From a candidate division WOR-3 bacterium (lineage in GTDB: Bacteria > Hydrothermota > Hydrothermia > B15-G9 > WFZT01), in contig JALUEE010000023.1 of the NCBI GenBank assembly GCA_027053075.1, positions 1 to 54,518 on the forward strand: DNA of 54,518 nt, given 5' to 3'. Each line of letters starts with the position of its first letter. Positions within the stretch are counted from its first letter, which is position 1. A program made the translations under genes and the position numbers. Shown here in pieces: positions 49,226 through 54,518 of the stretch. Under the pieces are notes generated by a model. The model was not told the origin of the DNA. It ran no database searches and saw only the letters and a program-made list of their open reading frames with translations.

Positions 49226-51250
49226 ATGTCTTCTTTCAAATCGAGGTTGAAAAAAATCATACCGCCTGAGGAGTTTCAGCATTCCTGTGTCGAAATCCTT
49301 GATGAAAACGGTATATTTTTAACCTGGGAGAAAAATTCTGAGAAATTTCTTGGGTACCCAGGAAAAGAAGTTATAAACAGGCTTAGCCTCAAAGATATTC
49401 TCGAACCTCCTGATACTTTCACCAGAATATGGGATGAAGTCAAGAAAAATGGATATTTCATAGGATATTCTTACGTAAAACCCAGGGATCGAGAGGGAAT
49501 AGAGACCTTTATCCTCCTCTGGTATCACCGTTCACTCAACCTTATTTCTGCCATCATAGTTGACACTAACAGGTTTCAGCTGGTGCTAAAAGAATACAAG
49601 ACCCTGTTCGACTCGTTACCAGACCCCATCTTTATTCTCGATAAAAACTTCAGAATCATAAAGGCAAATAGCGCGACGGCACGTGCGCTTGGCATGGACA
49701 TAAATGACATTCTGGGGAAAACTTGCTACGAGATTGTCCATGAGAGTGGAGAGTCTCCCGAAAACTGTCCCCACAAAAAACTTCTCAAAGACAAAATGCC
49801 TCACACTGAGATGATTTTTGAAAAGAATCTTGGAGGAGAAAATATTGTCTCTACCACCCCACTCTATGGTCCAGACGGTAAACTAATCGGCTCTATTCAT
49901 GTAACAAGGAATATTTCCGAGCTTAAAAAGATTCAGGAGGAGTATGAATTCTTCTTCAACTACTCACCATCAATAAACCTGATCCTCGATAAAAACTACA
50001 GGATTCTTAAAGCCAGTAAAATGGCCGCTACAATTCTAAACATGAAACAAAAGGAACTTATAGGTCAGAATTTTCTTTCTTTCCTTAGCGAGCAATCAAG
50101 GGAAAGTACAAAGAGTAAAATCGACGCTGTTGCACGTGGTGAACTTGTTCATCCATTTCTTGTCGATGTGATTCGTGATGATACGAAACTCACGATTTTA
50201 ATCTCTCTAACTCTACCACCCTCTCAATTTGGCCAAGAAGACCCGAGAATATTAAGTACCGGCCTCGATATAACCCCCATTCTGGACCTTCAGAAAGAGC
50301 TTATAAAAACTGAAAGAAGGTACAAAACCATTTTCAACAAATCCAAGGATGCGCTTTTCATTCTCAATGAAAGCAAGGAGCTCATTGACGTTAATTCAAC
50401 TGCAAGAGATATATTTTCGGTAAGAAACGAGAAAGGAAAGAAACTAACAGAATTTGTCGGGGATTCTATTACACCTGTTTTGAAAAAACTCGAGAGGGAG
50501 AGTGAAATAACCGATTTCCCGGTCCAGGTTGAGAATAATGGGGATTCAAGGCACTATCTCGTTACAGCCTTAAAGTTTATGGAAGGGGACGAGGCGAGAT
50601 ATTTCATAAGTCTGAGGGACATCACTCAGATGATGAATTACGAAAGGGAGCTTGAGAAAAGTCTAAAAAGACTTTCTATTCTGTTCGATGAAATTATCTT
50701 GGCAATGTCTGACCTTGTTGAAATAAGGGACCCCTATACAGCAGGGCACCAGAGAAAGGTTGCAGAGATTGCGGTTGAAATTGCTCATCACCTTGGTCTT
50801 GATGAAAACAAGATCAAGGCCATTAAGTATGCTGGTTTGACACATGATATAGGGAAAATAGCCATTCCTTCGGAAATTCTCACAAAGCCAGGCAAACTCA
50901 CTGAATTGGAGTACGAGATGATAAAGAAGCACCCTGAAATTGGTTATAAAATTTTGAAAGATATAGATTTTCCCTGGCCTGTTGCTGAGATTGTCTATCA
51001 GCATCATGAGAGGCTTGATGGCTCAGGATACCCTCGGGGACTGAAAAATGGTGAAATTTTATTTGAGGCAAGAATTCTTGCAGTTGCAGACGTAGTGGAG
51101 GCTATGAGCTCTCACAGGCCATACAGACCTGCTCTGGGCATAGAAGTTGCAATTGAGGAGATAAAAAAGAACAGGGGAAAATTATACGATCCTGAGGTTG
51201 TAGATGCCTGTATAGAGATTTTAAAGGAAGGAGGGTATGTCAAGAAATAA
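49226..51250 (+). CDS. Multi-PAS HD-GYP cyclic-dinucleotide phosphodiesterase
   Basis: Several PAS repeats (LPDPIFILD..N); RDPYTAGH, HDIGK, HHERLDGSGYP, HRPYRPA. Start chosen at ATG 49226; the ORF is open from 49085. Confidence 0.9.
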   Translation: MSSFKSRLKKIIPPEEFQHSCVEILDENGIFLTWEKNSEKFLGYPGKEVINRLSLKDILEPPDTFTRIWDEVKKNGYFIGYSYVKPRDREGIETFILLWYHRSLNLISAIIVDTNRFQLVLKEYKTLFDSLPDPIFILDKNFRIIKANSATARALGMDINDILGKTCYEIVHESGESPENCPHKKLLKDKMPHTEMIFEKNLGGENIVSTTPLYGPDGKLIGSIHVTRNISELKKIQEEYEFFFNYSPSINLILDKNYRILKASKMAATILNMKQKELIGQNFLSFLSEQSRESTKSKIDAVARGELVHPFLVDVIRDDTKLTILISLTLPPSQFGQEDPRILSTGLDITPILDLQKELIKTERRYKTIFNKSKDALFILNESKELIDVNSTARDIFSVRNEKGKKLTEFVGDSITPVLKKLERESEITDFPVQVENNGDSRHYLVTALKFMEGDEARYFISLRDITQMMNYERELEKSLKRLSILFDEIILAMSDLVEIRDPYTAGHQRKVAEIAVEIAHHLGLDENKIKAIKYAGLTHDIGKIAIPSEILTKPGKLTELEYEMIKKHPEIGYKILKDIDFPWPVAEIVYQHHERLDGSGYPRGLKNGEILFEARILAVADVVEAMSSHRPYRPALGIEVAIEEIKKNRGKLYDPEVVDACIEILKEGGYVKK

Positions 51251-51254
51251 AAGA

Positions 51255-51372
<118 letters not shown>

Positions 51373-51411
51373 AGATATAAAGCCAGAAAAAGTGGGTTTG
51401 GTTCAGGTAAT

Positions 51412-54518
<3,107 letters not shown>

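Overview
A 54.5-kb bacterial chromosomal window. It is probably from a thermophilic diderm, plausibly WOR-3/FCB-related; this is inferred from PorX, T9SS-like C-terminal-domain cargo and a GC-rich rRNA, not proven. Core content: housekeeping genes (recJ, folD, D-amino-acid aminotransferase, SDRs), tRNA-Gly and tRNA-Phe, a type IV pilus pilMNOPQ-like operon coupled to a giant Ig-repeat protein and a PorV/PorP-like barrel, rubrerythrin and nitroreductase, two large secreted peptidases (C25, M14), porX, HDAC, MmgE/PrpD, a PAS-HD-GYP protein, and 23S-5S rRNA. Most notable: (1) an IS110 element whose upstream non-coding end reads as a bridge RNA, with three of four guide segments matching the REP-like target and the element's own end; its recombinase is interrupted by an IS256-like element. 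(2) An AT-rich three-gene integron cassette with attC and an integrase remnant, a candidate new membrane-acting defence or toxin system. (3) A MITE family with 9-10 bp target duplications, including one copy inserted in-frame in a protein gene and one carrying a second nested MITE. (4) A PilB-N/DnaA-type ATPase fusion in the pilus operon. (5) Two 23S rRNA expansion segments sharing an identical 20-mer.
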